Origin: Deltaproteobacteria bacterium
GTDB lineage: Bacteria > Myxococcota_A > UBA9160 > SMWR01
DNA: 33,105 nucleotides
Reading direction: 5' to 3'
Assembly (NCBI GenBank): GCA_032128375.1
Contig: JAQBGU010000071.1
Coordinates: 1-33,105 of the forward strand
Part shown: positions 9,456-19,259 of the stretch, piece by piece
How positions within the stretch are numbered: the stretch's first letter is position 1
How the letters are laid out: each line of letters begins with the position of its first letter
Translations under genes and position numbers: made by a program
Notes under the pieces: model-generated
What the model was told of the DNA's origin: nothing
The model's database searches: none
What the model saw: the letters and a program-made list of their open reading frames with translations, nothing else

Positions 9456-9857
9456 TCATAGGGGATCCAGTCGCAGAAAATACCGGGGCGGAAACCCGGT
9501 CAGCACGCGGAATGCCATGCCAAGACTGTTGTCGGAATCGACGCGGTCGTGTTCCTCGCCGGTGACCGGCACGGCCTGATACGCCGCTTCCTGTCCATCC
9601 ATTTCGACTCGAACAGTCGGGTTCGACAACGCGTTTTCGTACCAGGCGCGCGGCCAGTGGTTCGCCGCAACGTAGAGCCGGCCGCCACTGTCGAGACGGG
9701 AAACGACCCGTTCTCCCGAGTCGCCGCCGCTGTCTGCCGTGGTAATCACCAGCGTGTTTCCGCCGGCGGGTTGGAAGAAGCCAATCATGGATTCGAATGC
9801 AGCGACGATTCCAACGTAGACACAAAACGATATCGCGAGAATTTTGACGGCCTTCAT
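9456..9857 (-). CDS. Nitroreductase/deazaflavin-dependent oxidoreductase-like split-barrel protein with N-terminal membrane anchor
   Basis: TLVITT, LYVAANHWPRAWYENALSNPTVRV and C-terminal FLRLDP are typical of this fold. AAGGAGG RBS. Confidence 0.65.
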   Translation of the reverse strand: MKAVKILAISFCVYVGIVAAFESMIGFFQPAGGNTLVITTADSGGDSGERVVSRLDSGGRLYVAANHWPRAWYENALSNPTVRVEMDGQEAAYQAVPVTGEEHDRVDSDNSLGMAFRVLTGFPPRYFLRLDPL

Positions 9858-9873
9858 TCCTATCCTCCTTACC

Positions 9874-9915
9874 TGATTGTTGGGAGTTGATTCGTTGCGA
9901 GTCGATTCGTTGGGA
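9874..9915. repeat. Imperfect 15-bp tandem repeat
   Basis: tgattgttggga gttgattcgttgcga gtcgattcgttggga. Confidence 0.65.
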
Positions 9916-9979
9916 ACACCACCACCAGCTTCAAAGACTTCGCGATGCCCATGTGTTGTGCGTCGTCAGTGGGCTCGGC

Positions 9980-10858
9980 TTACTGCCCGGCGAGTTCTTC
10001 GAAATGCGAGCGAAGGCTGTGTTTGCCGTTCTGCGGAGCGACGCCGTCGATCTCGCCAGCGGTGACGATGAAATCCGCCAAGTCTCCGAACTGGGTGCTG
10101 AGCAACCCGATCAAGCGTACTCCGCCGCGCGCCAGCCACATCGGGATGTGGGTGAGCTTTGCAGGCTTGCCGAGTACCTCGAAGGCCAGCTCGGCCGCTT
10201 CGCACTGGGTGTACACATCCGGGCCACCCACTCCGTGATCGATTGCCTTGGACGTCACCGACTCCACCGCCACGCGTGCGACGTCCGCGCCGTGTACCGG
10301 GTTGAAGCGGTTGTTTCCCGGTCCAACGATGAGGGCACGGCCGCGCTTCGCCATATCCATCAGCGCGCCCATGTCAGAAAAATAGCCGGATGGCCGCACC
10401 ACCGCGTAGTCGAGCGGGGAGTTTGCGAGATCCCCGACCACGCGTTCGTGGGCACGTGTGATGGCCAGGTCGGCGATTTCCTCCGGGCCCCACATCGAGA
10501 CGTAGATGAATTTGTTGACACCAGCGCGCTCGGCCTGGTCGATGAGGTTTCGGTTTGCCTGGTAGTCGACCTGCTCGAAGCTCAACCTGTCGCGTTGGCG
10601 CGAAATGCCCACACTGGAGAACACCACTTCGGCGTCGCCCATGACACCTTCGAGCGTCTCGGGTTTGGTGACTTCCGCGACGACGACCTCGTCGCAGTAT
10701 TCACGGACGCCCGAAGCGTGGAAGGGACCCCGCTGTGCCAGGCGTCTCTCGTCACGTGTGATCGCGCGCACCCGGTAGCCCGCCTGTTGAAACGCGATGA
10801 CCGCGAACTTTCCGATGTAACCCGTTGCGCCGGCGACGACTGCGGTTCCTCTGTCCAT
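9980..10858 (-). CDS. Atypical SDR / NAD(P)H-binding protein (NmrA-like)
   Basis: VAGATGYIG, VDYQANRNL, VRPSGYF, NPVHGADVA and GGP motifs. Confidence 0.88.
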   Translation of the reverse strand: MDRGTAVVAGATGYIGKFAVIAFQQAGYRVRAITRDERRLAQRGPFHASGVREYCDEVVVAEVTKPETLEGVMGDAEVVFSSVGISRQRDRLSFEQVDYQANRNLIDQAERAGVNKFIYVSMWGPEEIADLAITRAHERVVGDLANSPLDYAVVRPSGYFSDMGALMDMAKRGRALIVGPGNNRFNPVHGADVARVAVESVTSKAIDHGVGGPDVYTQCEAAELAFEVLGKPAKLTHIPMWLARGGVRLIGLLSTQFGDLADFIVTAGEIDGVAPQNGKHSLRSHFEELAGQ

Positions 10859-11012
10859 GGGGAGGAGGTATACGACGTTTCGTTCAGGACGTCGAATGCT
10901 GCTGTCCCTTGGGATTTCCGCACAAGGCGTGGTTCGGAAGTGTCATGCACGGCTGCTCAACTCGAACTGGCGTAGACCCGATCAGAGAGCCAGGACTCGA
11001 TCGAAGAAGAGC

Positions 11013-12017
11013 ATGAGCGAAGAGCGCGTATTCGAAATGCTTTGGGACTGCGCGTACTGCGGTACCCGCAAGTTGCTGGGATTGTCCCATCGCCATTGCC
11101 CGGCGTGTGGCGGAGCGCAGGACCCCTCGTCTCGCTATTTCCCTGAAGCGGCCGACAAGCTGGCGGTCGGGGATCACGAATTCTCCGGTGCCGATCGCCT
11201 GTGTGGCGCCTGCGGCGCCCCGTCTGCTGCAGTCGCGAGTCACTGCGCTGGATGTGGGGCTGCGCTCGATGCTGCACGGGAGGTGGCCAGACAGCCCGAC
11301 GTTGTTTCGAACGCTGATGCAACGTCACGTGCCAACGATGAAACCCCGCGAACGGTGCCGGCTTCCACCCCCTCGCGTTGGCGCTGGCCGGCGCTGGCCA
11401 TCGGGGTGGCTGCGATCGCGATCGGGTTGAACCTCGTGTATTTCGAGCAGGACGTCAGCATCGAGCTGCGCGGTCACAGCTGGGAGCGCGCGATCGAGAT
11501 CGAGCGCTTCGATGCAGTCGAGCAGAGCGACTGGTGCGATGCGATGCCGCGCGACGCCTATTCGGTTCGGCGCTCGAGCGAAGTGCGATCGCACCGCAAG
11601 CAGCCGGACGGAGAAGTGTGCTCGACCCAGAAGAGTGATCGGGGCGATGGAACATTTCGCGAATTCGAAACCTGCCAGACGCGATACAAAGACGTTGCGG
11701 TGCACGACGACCAATGCCGGTACAGCGTCGACCGTTGGACGACACATCGCTGGGTCGAAGCGAGCCAGCGCGGGCAGCGTCCCGCGCCGGCCTGGCCCGA
11801 GGTGACGCTGGCCGATAGCGGTGAGTGCCGGGGTTGCGAACGCGCGGGCAACAGACGAGAGGCGTACCACCTCGAGTTCGAATTCGACGGCGAAATCGCC
11901 GATTGCAGTGTCGCGTTGGCTGTTTGGGAGAAATCTTCAGCGGGACAACGCTGGGCGGGGCAAGCCGGCGCCTTCCTTTCGGACCTGCGCTGCGGGAGCC
12001 TGGCCCCGATCCGGTAG
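11013..12017 (+). CDS. Double zinc-ribbon membrane protein with Cys-rich extracytoplasmic domain
   Basis: WDCAYC..HCPAC and LCGAC..HCAGC, one TM (WPALAIGVAAIAIGLNLVYF), C-terminal domain with 8 Cys. Start taken at ATG 11013. Confidence 0.8.
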   Translation: MSEERVFEMLWDCAYCGTRKLLGLSHRHCPACGGAQDPSSRYFPEAADKLAVGDHEFSGADRLCGACGAPSAAVASHCAGCGAALDAAREVARQPDVVSNADATSRANDETPRTVPASTPSRWRWPALAIGVAAIAIGLNLVYFEQDVSIELRGHSWERAIEIERFDAVEQSDWCDAMPRDAYSVRRSSEVRSHRKQPDGEVCSTQKSDRGDGTFREFETCQTRYKDVAVHDDQCRYSVDRWTTHRWVEASQRGQRPAPAWPEVTLADSGECRGCERAGNRREAYHLEFEFDGEIADCSVALAVWEKSSAGQRWAGQAGAFLSDLRCGSLAPIR

Positions 12018-12039
12018 TCGACTGCTAGCATCGAAGCCG

Positions 12040-13233
12040 ATGTCGATGCCTGACGAAGCGGTCGCCGTCCCGATCACGATCGGGGGTGCGTGCGACGAGC
12101 GATTTCAACCCGTGCGCGAAGCGCTCGCCGAGAACTTCGCAACCGATGACGAGTGGGGAGCCTCGGTCGCCGTCTTCGTCGCAGGGCGCAAGGTCATCGA
12201 CCTCTGGGGCGGCCATGTGGACTCTGCCAAGTCTCGACCCTGGCAACGCGACACGCTCGTCAACGCTTATTCGGTCGGCAAGGGAATTCTGTCGCTGTTG
12301 GCGGTCGGCTGTGCGGAGACCGGTGAACTGGATCTCGATGCGAAGGTGTCCTCGCTGTGGCCCGAGTTTTCGGCCCACGGCAAAGGACACCTGACGGTTC
12401 GCTCGCTGCTCGCGCACCGCTCGGGTCTTCCCGGCGTGCGAACGTTGCTGCCGCCCGAAGCCAAATACGACTGGACGCGCATGTGCGACGAACTGGCCGG
12501 GCAGGCGCCGTTTTGGGAGCCGGATTCCGATCACGGTTATCACGTCAATACGCAGGGCTTCCTGGTCGGTGAAGTCATTCGTCGCGCGACCGGCACGCCG
12601 GTCGGCGAACTGCTGCAACAACGCATCGCACGGCCGCTGGGTGCGGACTACTTCTTCGGGCTGCCTGCCGGCCTGCATGGCCGGGTATCTCGCGTGTTCG
12701 CTCCGGATGTGGCAGTTGACACACCCGAGCGTTGGGCGATGGCGTTTCCGCCCACGGGCGACGCCGCGCACGACGAGATGATCTGGCGCAGCTATTTCAA
12801 CCCGGCCGGGATCAGCGGAATCGGCAGTGTGAACACGAAAGAGTGGCGCGAGGCAGTCATTCCATCAACCAACGGTCACGGCAACGCGCGCGCGGTCGCG
12901 ACGATCTACTCGGCCTACCTGGACGGCAAAGTGAACGGCCGCCGCTGGGTCGGGCCCGGGCTGAGGGCCGAAGCCGCCCGGCCGCACTCGAGTGGCGCTG
13001 ATCGCGTCCTTGGCAAGCCTTCGAGTTTCGGTCTCGGGCTTCAGCTCGCACAGCCTTCGCGTCCAATCGGTCCGAACGCCGATAGCTTCGGTCACTTCGG
13101 CTACGGGGGGTCGCTCGGAATGGCCGACCCCGAGGCAAAGGTCGCGTTCGCGTACATCACGAACCATCCCGGCCAACGCTGGCAGACCACGCGCACGATG
13201 CGCGTACTCGATTGCGTCTATGCGTGTCTGTGA
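12040..13233 (+). CDS. Serine hydrolase, beta-lactamase class C/esterase family
   Basis: IDLWGG, YSVGK (SxxK), LLAHRSGL, HGYH, FGHFGYGGS..ADP. Confidence 0.9.
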   Translation: MSMPDEAVAVPITIGGACDERFQPVREALAENFATDDEWGASVAVFVAGRKVIDLWGGHVDSAKSRPWQRDTLVNAYSVGKGILSLLAVGCAETGELDLDAKVSSLWPEFSAHGKGHLTVRSLLAHRSGLPGVRTLLPPEAKYDWTRMCDELAGQAPFWEPDSDHGYHVNTQGFLVGEVIRRATGTPVGELLQQRIARPLGADYFFGLPAGLHGRVSRVFAPDVAVDTPERWAMAFPPTGDAAHDEMIWRSYFNPAGISGIGSVNTKEWREAVIPSTNGHGNARAVATIYSAYLDGKVNGRRWVGPGLRAEAARPHSSGADRVLGKPSSFGLGLQLAQPSRPIGPNADSFGHFGYGGSLGMADPEAKVAFAYITNHPGQRWQTTRTMRVLDCVYACL

Positions 13234-13249
13234 GATGGGGTCGATATTG

Positions 13250-13398
13250 CGCTGGGCACCGACCCGATGCAGGCCTGTGGTGAGCGCCACGTAGCGCGAG
13301 GCCGTCCACACTTCATCGCTGATTGTGCAGCCGGTGTATTGAACGTGAATGTGCTCGAAGTTCCGAAAGGGCTCGTCATCCGGATGGGGAATTGCCAC
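13250..13398 (-). pseudogene. Possible 5' remnant of a TauD/TfdA-family dioxygenase
   Basis: MAIPHPDDEPFRNFEHIHVQYTGCTISDEV, then after a frameshift VDGLALRG, resembling the TauD N-terminus (I.V.P....IGAEV.GVDL). The rest is absent. Confidence 0.35.
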
Positions 13399-13433
13399 CG
13401 CTCGTCTTGGGCCGGTGCGGCGCGGTCATCGGT

Positions 13434-14108
13434 TCAGCCGCAGCCGGCGAAGCAGAACTCCGTCATTGCGTTGAGCACGTCGGCGCGTTCCCACTGCAGG
13501 AAGTGGCCACACTCCGGGACGAACACCGGACCGACCCGGTCCGGGAACGCGATCTCGCAACGCTTCGGGAAGTCCTTGGGAACGACCTGGTCGTCAGGGC
13601 CGTACAGGATCAGTGTCTTGACCTCGACAGCTTGGGCGAGCAGGGGTGGCTGGACCAGTCCAACTCGGACGGGACCATCGGGGCGATCGAATTAAAGAAG
13701 ATCATCCGGTCGACGAACCCCGGGAAGCGGTTCGCCATGTCGCAGATCACCACACCACCCACATCGCCGCCGAGCAGCCCGCAGCGCTCGTGTCCGAGCA
13801 CATCGTGTACCAGCGCATAGAGATCGCGCGAATACAGCGCCAGGTCGTAGGCGTCGTCGTCGCAGAGGTCCGAAGCGCCGTAGCCGCGAAGATCGGGGAC
13901 GATCACCTCGTATCCGGCTCGGACCAATGGCTCGATGTTCCGCCACCAGATTCGCTTGCTCTCCGGGTAGCCGTGCACCAACAACAGCGGGTAGCCGCCG
14001 ACCCCTTCGCGCACGTAGCCGAGCTGGATCCCCGGCGCCACGCGCACGGTGAATCGCGAAATCGTCACGATCCGGTGTCGCGGGTTGCGGGGGTCGCGGT
14101 GCGGCCAC
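13434..14108 (-). pseudogene. Alpha/beta hydrolase (epoxide hydrolase-like) pseudogene
   Basis: AGGAGG + GTG 14108, frameshift at ~14040, then HGYPES, DLRGYG and nucleophile GGDVGG. An out-of-frame junction at ~13655 leads directly to TLILYGPDDQVV...CGHFLQWE...TGA 13434. The cap region is missing. Confidence 0.85.
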
Positions 14109-14415
14109 CAGGTTCCTCCTATTCGGTTTCTAACGCAGGCGCCCGTCGGACTCAACCCAGCGCGCTCGGCGCCACGCGATTCACATCGTGTTCGAAGCAG
14201 CGATGGCGCTGCGCCGTTCCATCAGCCGCTCGGAGCCAAAGCCAAGTCCGGCCAGGAAACGAGCCATTGCCGCCGCGGACTCGAGCTCGCTGAGGTTGGG
14301 GCAGTGCCCTCGACGCGGAATCGTTGCCGCTACCAACGAGGAGGATCGCGGGGCTATGCTCGCCGCACGCAGAACGACGGGAATTTTCGAAGGCAACCGC
14401 CAGGGAGATGGGCTT

Positions 14416-15252
14416 GTGACGAACCACGTGGACGGCAGGGTGATTGTCATTACCGGTGCGGCGGGAGGCTTTGGTCGGCTCGTGGCCGAGCGGGTTGCGG
14501 CTCTTGGCGGACGAGTCGTTGCGGCCGATGTGAACGAGCCCGAGCTGAAGCGAACGATCGATTCGATCGCGGGGCAGGGCGGAAGTGCGTTGGCGGTCGT
14601 CGCAGACGTGACCGACCGCCGCCAGATGACCCACCTCGCCGCCCGCGCAGTCGAGAGGTTCGGCGCAATCGATGTGATGGTCAACAACGCGGGCGTGATG
14701 CCGCTGGCGCTGTATGCCGATCACGCAGTGGCAGCGGATGCCTGGGATCGCTGTATCGACATCAATTTCAAGGGCGTGCTCCACGGCATCATCGCGGTAC
14801 ACGATCAGATGATCGCCCAGCGACGCGGCCACATCGTGAATATTTCGTCCATCTACGGAAACTACCCGGTGGCCGGAGCCGCTGTGTACGGCGCCACCAA
14901 GGCTGCCGTGAACGTGCTTTCGGAAGCGCTGCGCCAGGAGTCCCAGGGACGCATCAAGGTCACGACGATCCGACCCACAGGCGTGCCGGGTACCGGCCTC
15001 GGAGCGGGCGTGATCAACCCGGCTGCTTTCGAGGGAATCCTCGGCGCGAACAAGGACAGCTTCATGCAGAAGATCGGTGCCGTGCTCACCGGCACAGCGG
15101 AACCCGAGCTCACGGATCCCGACGACCCGCGCTATTTCGCTCTTTCCCCGGAGCTGCTGGCCGACCAGGTCGTGTTTGCGATCAATCAGCCGTGGGGTGT
15201 GTCGATCAGCGACCTGACGGTCCGCGCGACCGGAGATGGCTACGTGATCTGA
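14416..15252 (+). CDS. Short-chain dehydrogenase/reductase (YdfG-like)
   Basis: TGAAGGFG, NNAG, NISS, YGATK. GTG 14416 with GGGAG RBS. Confidence 0.92.
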   Translation: MTNHVDGRVIVITGAAGGFGRLVAERVAALGGRVVAADVNEPELKRTIDSIAGQGGSALAVVADVTDRRQMTHLAARAVERFGAIDVMVNNAGVMPLALYADHAVAADAWDRCIDINFKGVLHGIIAVHDQMIAQRRGHIVNISSIYGNYPVAGAAVYGATKAAVNVLSEALRQESQGRIKVTTIRPTGVPGTGLGAGVINPAAFEGILGANKDSFMQKIGAVLTGTAEPELTDPDDPRYFALSPELLADQVVFAINQPWGVSISDLTVRATGDGYVI

Positions 15253-15515
15253 GTCGCAACGCAGTATCCCGCGAAAGGTGCGTGATATCTTCGCGCCAGT
15301 GACCCCTGGCGGAGTTCGCGTCACGGCCCGGGCGTTATCGCCAGGCGCCGACCAGAAGCGCTCGCTTCGAGGCACCCCCTATGCGCATGTCGCACTCACG
15401 CCCAGGCAGGCCGTACGTGTCAATTCGGCGCTGGCGGCTCGCAGGTCGCCAGCCTCATTGCTGAGCCGCGCCAAAACGGCCTGGCCCAACGGCCAAGCTG
15501 ATCCACCGACCCCGA

Positions 15516-16916
15516 CTAGAAGACGCGATAGCGACTCTGAATGTGCAGCTGACGCTGCCGGATTCGCTCGCGGCGTTCCAAACGACTCACTTCCCGCACG
15601 CCCTTGGGTAGATGCTCGCGGATCTGCGAAAACGACACCTTCTTCGCGAGGATTGTCGGCCAGTCCGATTTCGGGGGTGTCTTCGAGTAGGCCCATCGCG
15701 GTACCAGGTAGCCTTCGCGATGCCCGGTGGTGTCGACCCAATTCGGTACACCCGGGTCTCGATGTGCGACCACCCAGCGCAGCACGCCGTCTTCATCGAT
15801 TTCCATCTGCATGCCATTCAAGCTGCTCTGGTGGTTTGCGAAGTCGTGAGACTCGCCCCAAAGACTGGAAAGATGAAAGCCGATGTACTGTGGTTGGACT
15901 TTGATGCGACTCTCGATGACCAGCGCCTCGTCTTCCTCTAGCTCGTAGACACCGCCAGCGTAGATATTCGTGCTCTGACCTCCGCCTGTCTCGCGGGCCG
16001 CCGCGTTGGGTTCGTTGAACTTGTTGCGCGGCATGAAACGCTCGCTGTCGTCGCTGGCCATGCCGCCCGGGCGTTTGCCGTACGTCTCGAGCAGGATCGC
16101 GTAGAACTGGTTCCAGAAGTGCATCTGCCCGCGCACCAATTCGCCGCAGCGTGTCAGCTCGTCGACGGCGCGAGAGGGCGCATAGGTGGGCGACGAGTCG
16201 CCCGAATGATCCAGCGGTTCGATCGTCAGCGCGACCGCGTCTTCGCGTTCCCAGTCGTAGAAGAGCTGCCGACCGCTCAGATAATCGGCATAGCGATCGG
16301 GGCCCTTCACAACACCGGTCGGATCGGCTTGGCCGCTGCTGCGACGGGTGGCGATGAAGTTCCCCGGGTAGCCAGCGGGCTTCTGTGGTGCGAGCAGAAT
16401 TTCGAAGTGTCCGTCGGCGTCGACTTCGATCTCACTGGAGTCGAGCTTGCCCGTATTCGCTTTGATACCCGGCCGCAATTCGGCGAGGCTGCCGGTATCG
16501 CCCGCCAATGGCCCCTGGCTGACTTCGAAGATCACATATTGCGGCGCCAGGCGGCCGGCTTCTGCTCGCGCATCGCCCCGCCAATGCAGCTGGTCGGCGG
16601 CGCGACCGCGGATGAGGTAGCTCTGGCGTCCGTCGATTTGCGCTTGAAAGTAGATCGCATCGGCGTTGTCGATGGTGGCCTTGTTGACGATAGACAGCGC
16701 ATGCCGGATGAACGGGTGGTTGACGTCGGCATGGAACGCGCGCTCGACCGCACTGTGGACGAAACCGAGCAGATATCGATAGCCCTCGGCGAGATTTCGG
16801 TCGTTGCCCGGCGCCGGCAGCAACTGTGGCTGATCGATCGCGTCACGAGCGCGCTCGAACTCGGCGATCATCCCGTCCCAAGCTTCGCGAAGCTGCTCGC
16901 GGGTCTCGTCTGCCAT
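15516..16916 (-). CDS. DUF1214-type protein of the kind commonly paired with sulfotransferases
   Basis: LAEGYRYL, DNADAIY, DADGHFEILL, RQLFYDW, QSSLN, VVAHRDPGVPNWVDTTGH..G..RW. Confidence 0.8.
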   Translation of the reverse strand: MADETREQLREAWDGMIAEFERARDAIDQPQLLPAPGNDRNLAEGYRYLLGFVHSAVERAFHADVNHPFIRHALSIVNKATIDNADAIYFQAQIDGRQSYLIRGRAADQLHWRGDARAEAGRLAPQYVIFEVSQGPLAGDTGSLAELRPGIKANTGKLDSSEIEVDADGHFEILLAPQKPAGYPGNFIATRRSSGQADPTGVVKGPDRYADYLSGRQLFYDWEREDAVALTIEPLDHSGDSSPTYAPSRAVDELTRCGELVRGQMHFWNQFYAILLETYGKRPGGMASDDSERFMPRNKFNEPNAAARETGGGQSTNIYAGGVYELEEDEALVIESRIKVQPQYIGFHLSSLWGESHDFANHQSSLNGMQMEIDEDGVLRWVVAHRDPGVPNWVDTTGHREGYLVPRWAYSKTPPKSDWPTILAKKVSFSQIREHLPKGVREVSRLERRERIRQRQLHIQSRYRVF

Positions 16917-17037
16917 CTAGTGGCACATCCGGAAAGTTCTGGTACATGCTGACAAAGGGATCACCGTCGCGTTGTCCGACGGAGAAGAGCGTTCTGTCGG
17001 CTTCAATCATGGGTACCGAAACTTGGCGGGTGTTGCA

Positions 17038-18246
17038 CTAGTGGTTCTCCTTTTGATCAGACCCACCGTTTCGCCCACTTTGTGCCGCGGTACCCAGAGG
17101 CGTCTGCGGCATTCCGTCGTCGTCCCAGCCGAAGCGATCGAATAGCTCTGCCAGCTCAGAACGAATCGCGTCGGCTTCCAAGCCGAATTCCTCGAGGCTG
17201 TAGCGATGGTCGCTCTTGTGTTCGCGCGCTCGCGTGCCCTGAGCCAGCAGGACCTCGCGGTATGCGGGCGATAGCTCGAAGCCCAGGTCGCGATACACCC
17301 GCTCGATCGCACCGGCAGGGTCGCTTGCGAGGTCGCGATAGTCGACCACGGAGTGGGGGACTTCGGGCATCCGCGCCAGAACCTCGAGGGGATGCTTGTA
17401 GGTATGGAAGGACTGGTTGCCGAGGAAGGCCAAGCACCGCTGTTGCCGGTCCTCCTCCCAAGCGAGGCGCTTCCAGCCGGAACGCATCAGTTTCAGCAGG
17501 CTCGGGATCGTTTCGTACGGATTGCGGATGGGTACCACGATGCGAGCGTCGGGGAAGGTTTCGATCAACGCCTCGACCCGGCCCGCGAACACGGGGTTCT
17601 TGCTCAGATGAATCTTGTCGCTGCCGTTCAAGTACAGCTGACGACGCACACAATCGCGATAGAAGCGCATCAGACGCTTGCGCTTCTTTTCGGGCCACTT
17701 GTCGACATAGTAGAAATCGAGATCGCCCATATACGGCATCTTCGTGATCCAGTAACCCGACGCGAGCGAGTAGTACAAGACGATGTCGTCTTCTTCCAGG
17801 TTCGTGATGCCCATGTCGTGGATGCCACGCATCGCTGCGTAGTGGCGCTCGTTCCAGGCCGCAACGCGCCGTTCGAGGTGACCGCCGAGCTTTCGGTCGA
17901 GCGCCGCCACGCGACGGATCAGCCACTTCTGAAGCAACGAGGGAAAGTACATTTCGTAGAGCATGAAGGAACTGAATCGCCCCTCGTCCTGGCTCATCAG
18001 GCGATGGGTCAGTGTGGTGCCGCTGCGCGCATGGCCGACGACAAAGACGGGTTTCACGATCTGCGTGCGCCACAAGCCGGGGAACAGCAGCCCGTCGAGG
18101 AAGAAGCAGATCGCGTGAAAGGTCGAAACCGGCGGGATCCAAAGCAGCAGGATCATCAGAAAGTAGACCCGTACCGGCGCACTGGGCTCGTTCCAGGCGA
18201 GGCGAATCATCTTCCGGTAGTTCTGAAAATCGAACAGAAAGATCAC
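17038..18246 (-). CDS. Sulfotransferase (Sulfotransfer_3/Stf-like)
   Basis: PAPS loop VFVVGHARSGTT, LSKNP, FPDARIV..RNPYETIPS and C-terminal HRYSLEEFGL. GTG start at 18246. Confidence 0.9.
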   Translation of the reverse strand: MIFLFDFQNYRKMIRLAWNEPSAPVRVYFLMILLLWIPPVSTFHAICFFLDGLLFPGLWRTQIVKPVFVVGHARSGTTLTHRLMSQDEGRFSSFMLYEMYFPSLLQKWLIRRVAALDRKLGGHLERRVAAWNERHYAAMRGIHDMGITNLEEDDIVLYYSLASGYWITKMPYMGDLDFYYVDKWPEKKRKRLMRFYRDCVRRQLYLNGSDKIHLSKNPVFAGRVEALIETFPDARIVVPIRNPYETIPSLLKLMRSGWKRLAWEEDRQQRCLAFLGNQSFHTYKHPLEVLARMPEVPHSVVDYRDLASDPAGAIERVYRDLGFELSPAYREVLLAQGTRAREHKSDHRYSLEEFGLEADAIRSELAELFDRFGWDDDGMPQTPLGTAAQSGRNGGSDQKENH

Positions 18247-18284
18247 AGCAAGCTCACAACAGGTTCACAACGGGTTCACAAGAT
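18241..18284 (-). repeat. Four 11-bp units, each containing GTGA, spanning the SDR stop and the sulfotransferase start
   Basis: Minus strand: atcttGTGA acccgttGTGA acctgttGTGA gcttgctGTGA tc. Confidence 0.85.
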
Positions 18285-19133
18285 CACCGCATCCACGTCG
18301 GCTGGCATGAAGGCGTCGCCGATGATCGTCTGGCCATCGAGCGAACGCACCGGGCGCGCGACGCGGTGAAGCAGTTCGCGGCTCAGCAATACCTGCCCGA
18401 CGTGGCGTCCGGTGCAGAGTTCCAGCGCGGCCTCGACCATGACTTCGATCGATTCGGCCATGTCCGGATTATTCTTCGCGATATGGCCGATGAAGCGCGC
18501 GGCTTCTTGCGTCAATACGATCGAGACCGGAGCGAGAACATTCACGAACACACCATCGCTGGCGACTTCGTGCGCGAGTCCCTGCATGTAGCGATCGAGG
18601 GCCGCCTTGGTGGCTCCATAGGCGGTGATGATATGAGCCGCGTCCCGGGTATCGCGATACGGGACGGCCGGCTGCCGGTCGGAAGCGCTACCGATGCTGA
18701 GCACCCAGCCGCTACCTCGCTTGCGCATGCCCGGGAGCACCTGCTGCGCCAAGTCGACCGGAGCGTGCAGGTTGACCTCGAGCATCTTTCGACGGTCTGC
18801 GAGCGTCGATTGGCTCGGCATCGCCCATGCACCCATCGCGGCATTGTTCACCAGGATATCGAGGGGCCCAAAGGCGGCTTCCGCGCGCGCAACGAGATCC
18901 GCTCGGGCATCGCCGTCGAGCAGATCCGCGATGGCGGTGGCAACGTTGCCGCCGTCACGTCGAATTTCTTCGGCGCTCTCGTCGAGGGTGCCCGCGAGAT
19001 TGCCATGGCGCCCAGGCCGAGATGCGCAGAGCACGACATTGGCTCCCTCGGCTGCGAGGCGCTTTGCGATCGCCCGGCCGATTCCCCGGCTAGCGCCGGT
19101 GACGAGTGCATTCTTGCCTTCACAGCATCCCAT
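18276..19133 (-). CDS. Short-chain dehydrogenase/reductase
   Basis: TGASRGIG, LVNNAA, YGATK. ATG 19133 with AGGAG RBS. Confidence 0.92.
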   Translation of the reverse strand: MGCCEGKNALVTGASRGIGRAIAKRLAAEGANVVLCASRPGRHGNLAGTLDESAEEIRRDGGNVATAIADLLDGDARADLVARAEAAFGPLDILVNNAAMGAWAMPSQSTLADRRKMLEVNLHAPVDLAQQVLPGMRKRGSGWVLSIGSASDRQPAVPYRDTRDAAHIITAYGATKAALDRYMQGLAHEVASDGVFVNVLAPVSIVLTQEAARFIGHIAKNNPDMAESIEVMVEAALELCTGRHVGQVLLSRELLHRVARPVRSLDGQTIIGDAFMPADVDAVIL

Positions 19134-19178
19134 TGCGTCTCCTGTGTGGGCTGGAATCATTTGCCTCGAGACAACGGG

Positions 19179-19206
19179 CTGTTGAAAAAGACCTGTTGAA
19201 AATGGC
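19179..19206. repeat. 14-bp direct repeat x2 containing CTGTTGAAAA
   Basis: ctgttgaaaaagac ctgttgaaaatggc. Confidence 0.6.
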
Positions 19207-19259
19207 TTGAATTGACACGCGCCGCTGTCGGAAACAGGTCATGGGGTCCGAAGGCCACA

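Noticed and set aside
287..19199. Long alternative-frame ORFs (e.g. 287-1324, 6246-7421, 7667-8986, 14049-15302, 14152-15375, 17353-18369, 18012-19199)
   Set aside because: They are Arg/Ala/Pro-rich shadows overlapping well-supported genes, as expected in high-GC DNA, with no recognisable motifs.
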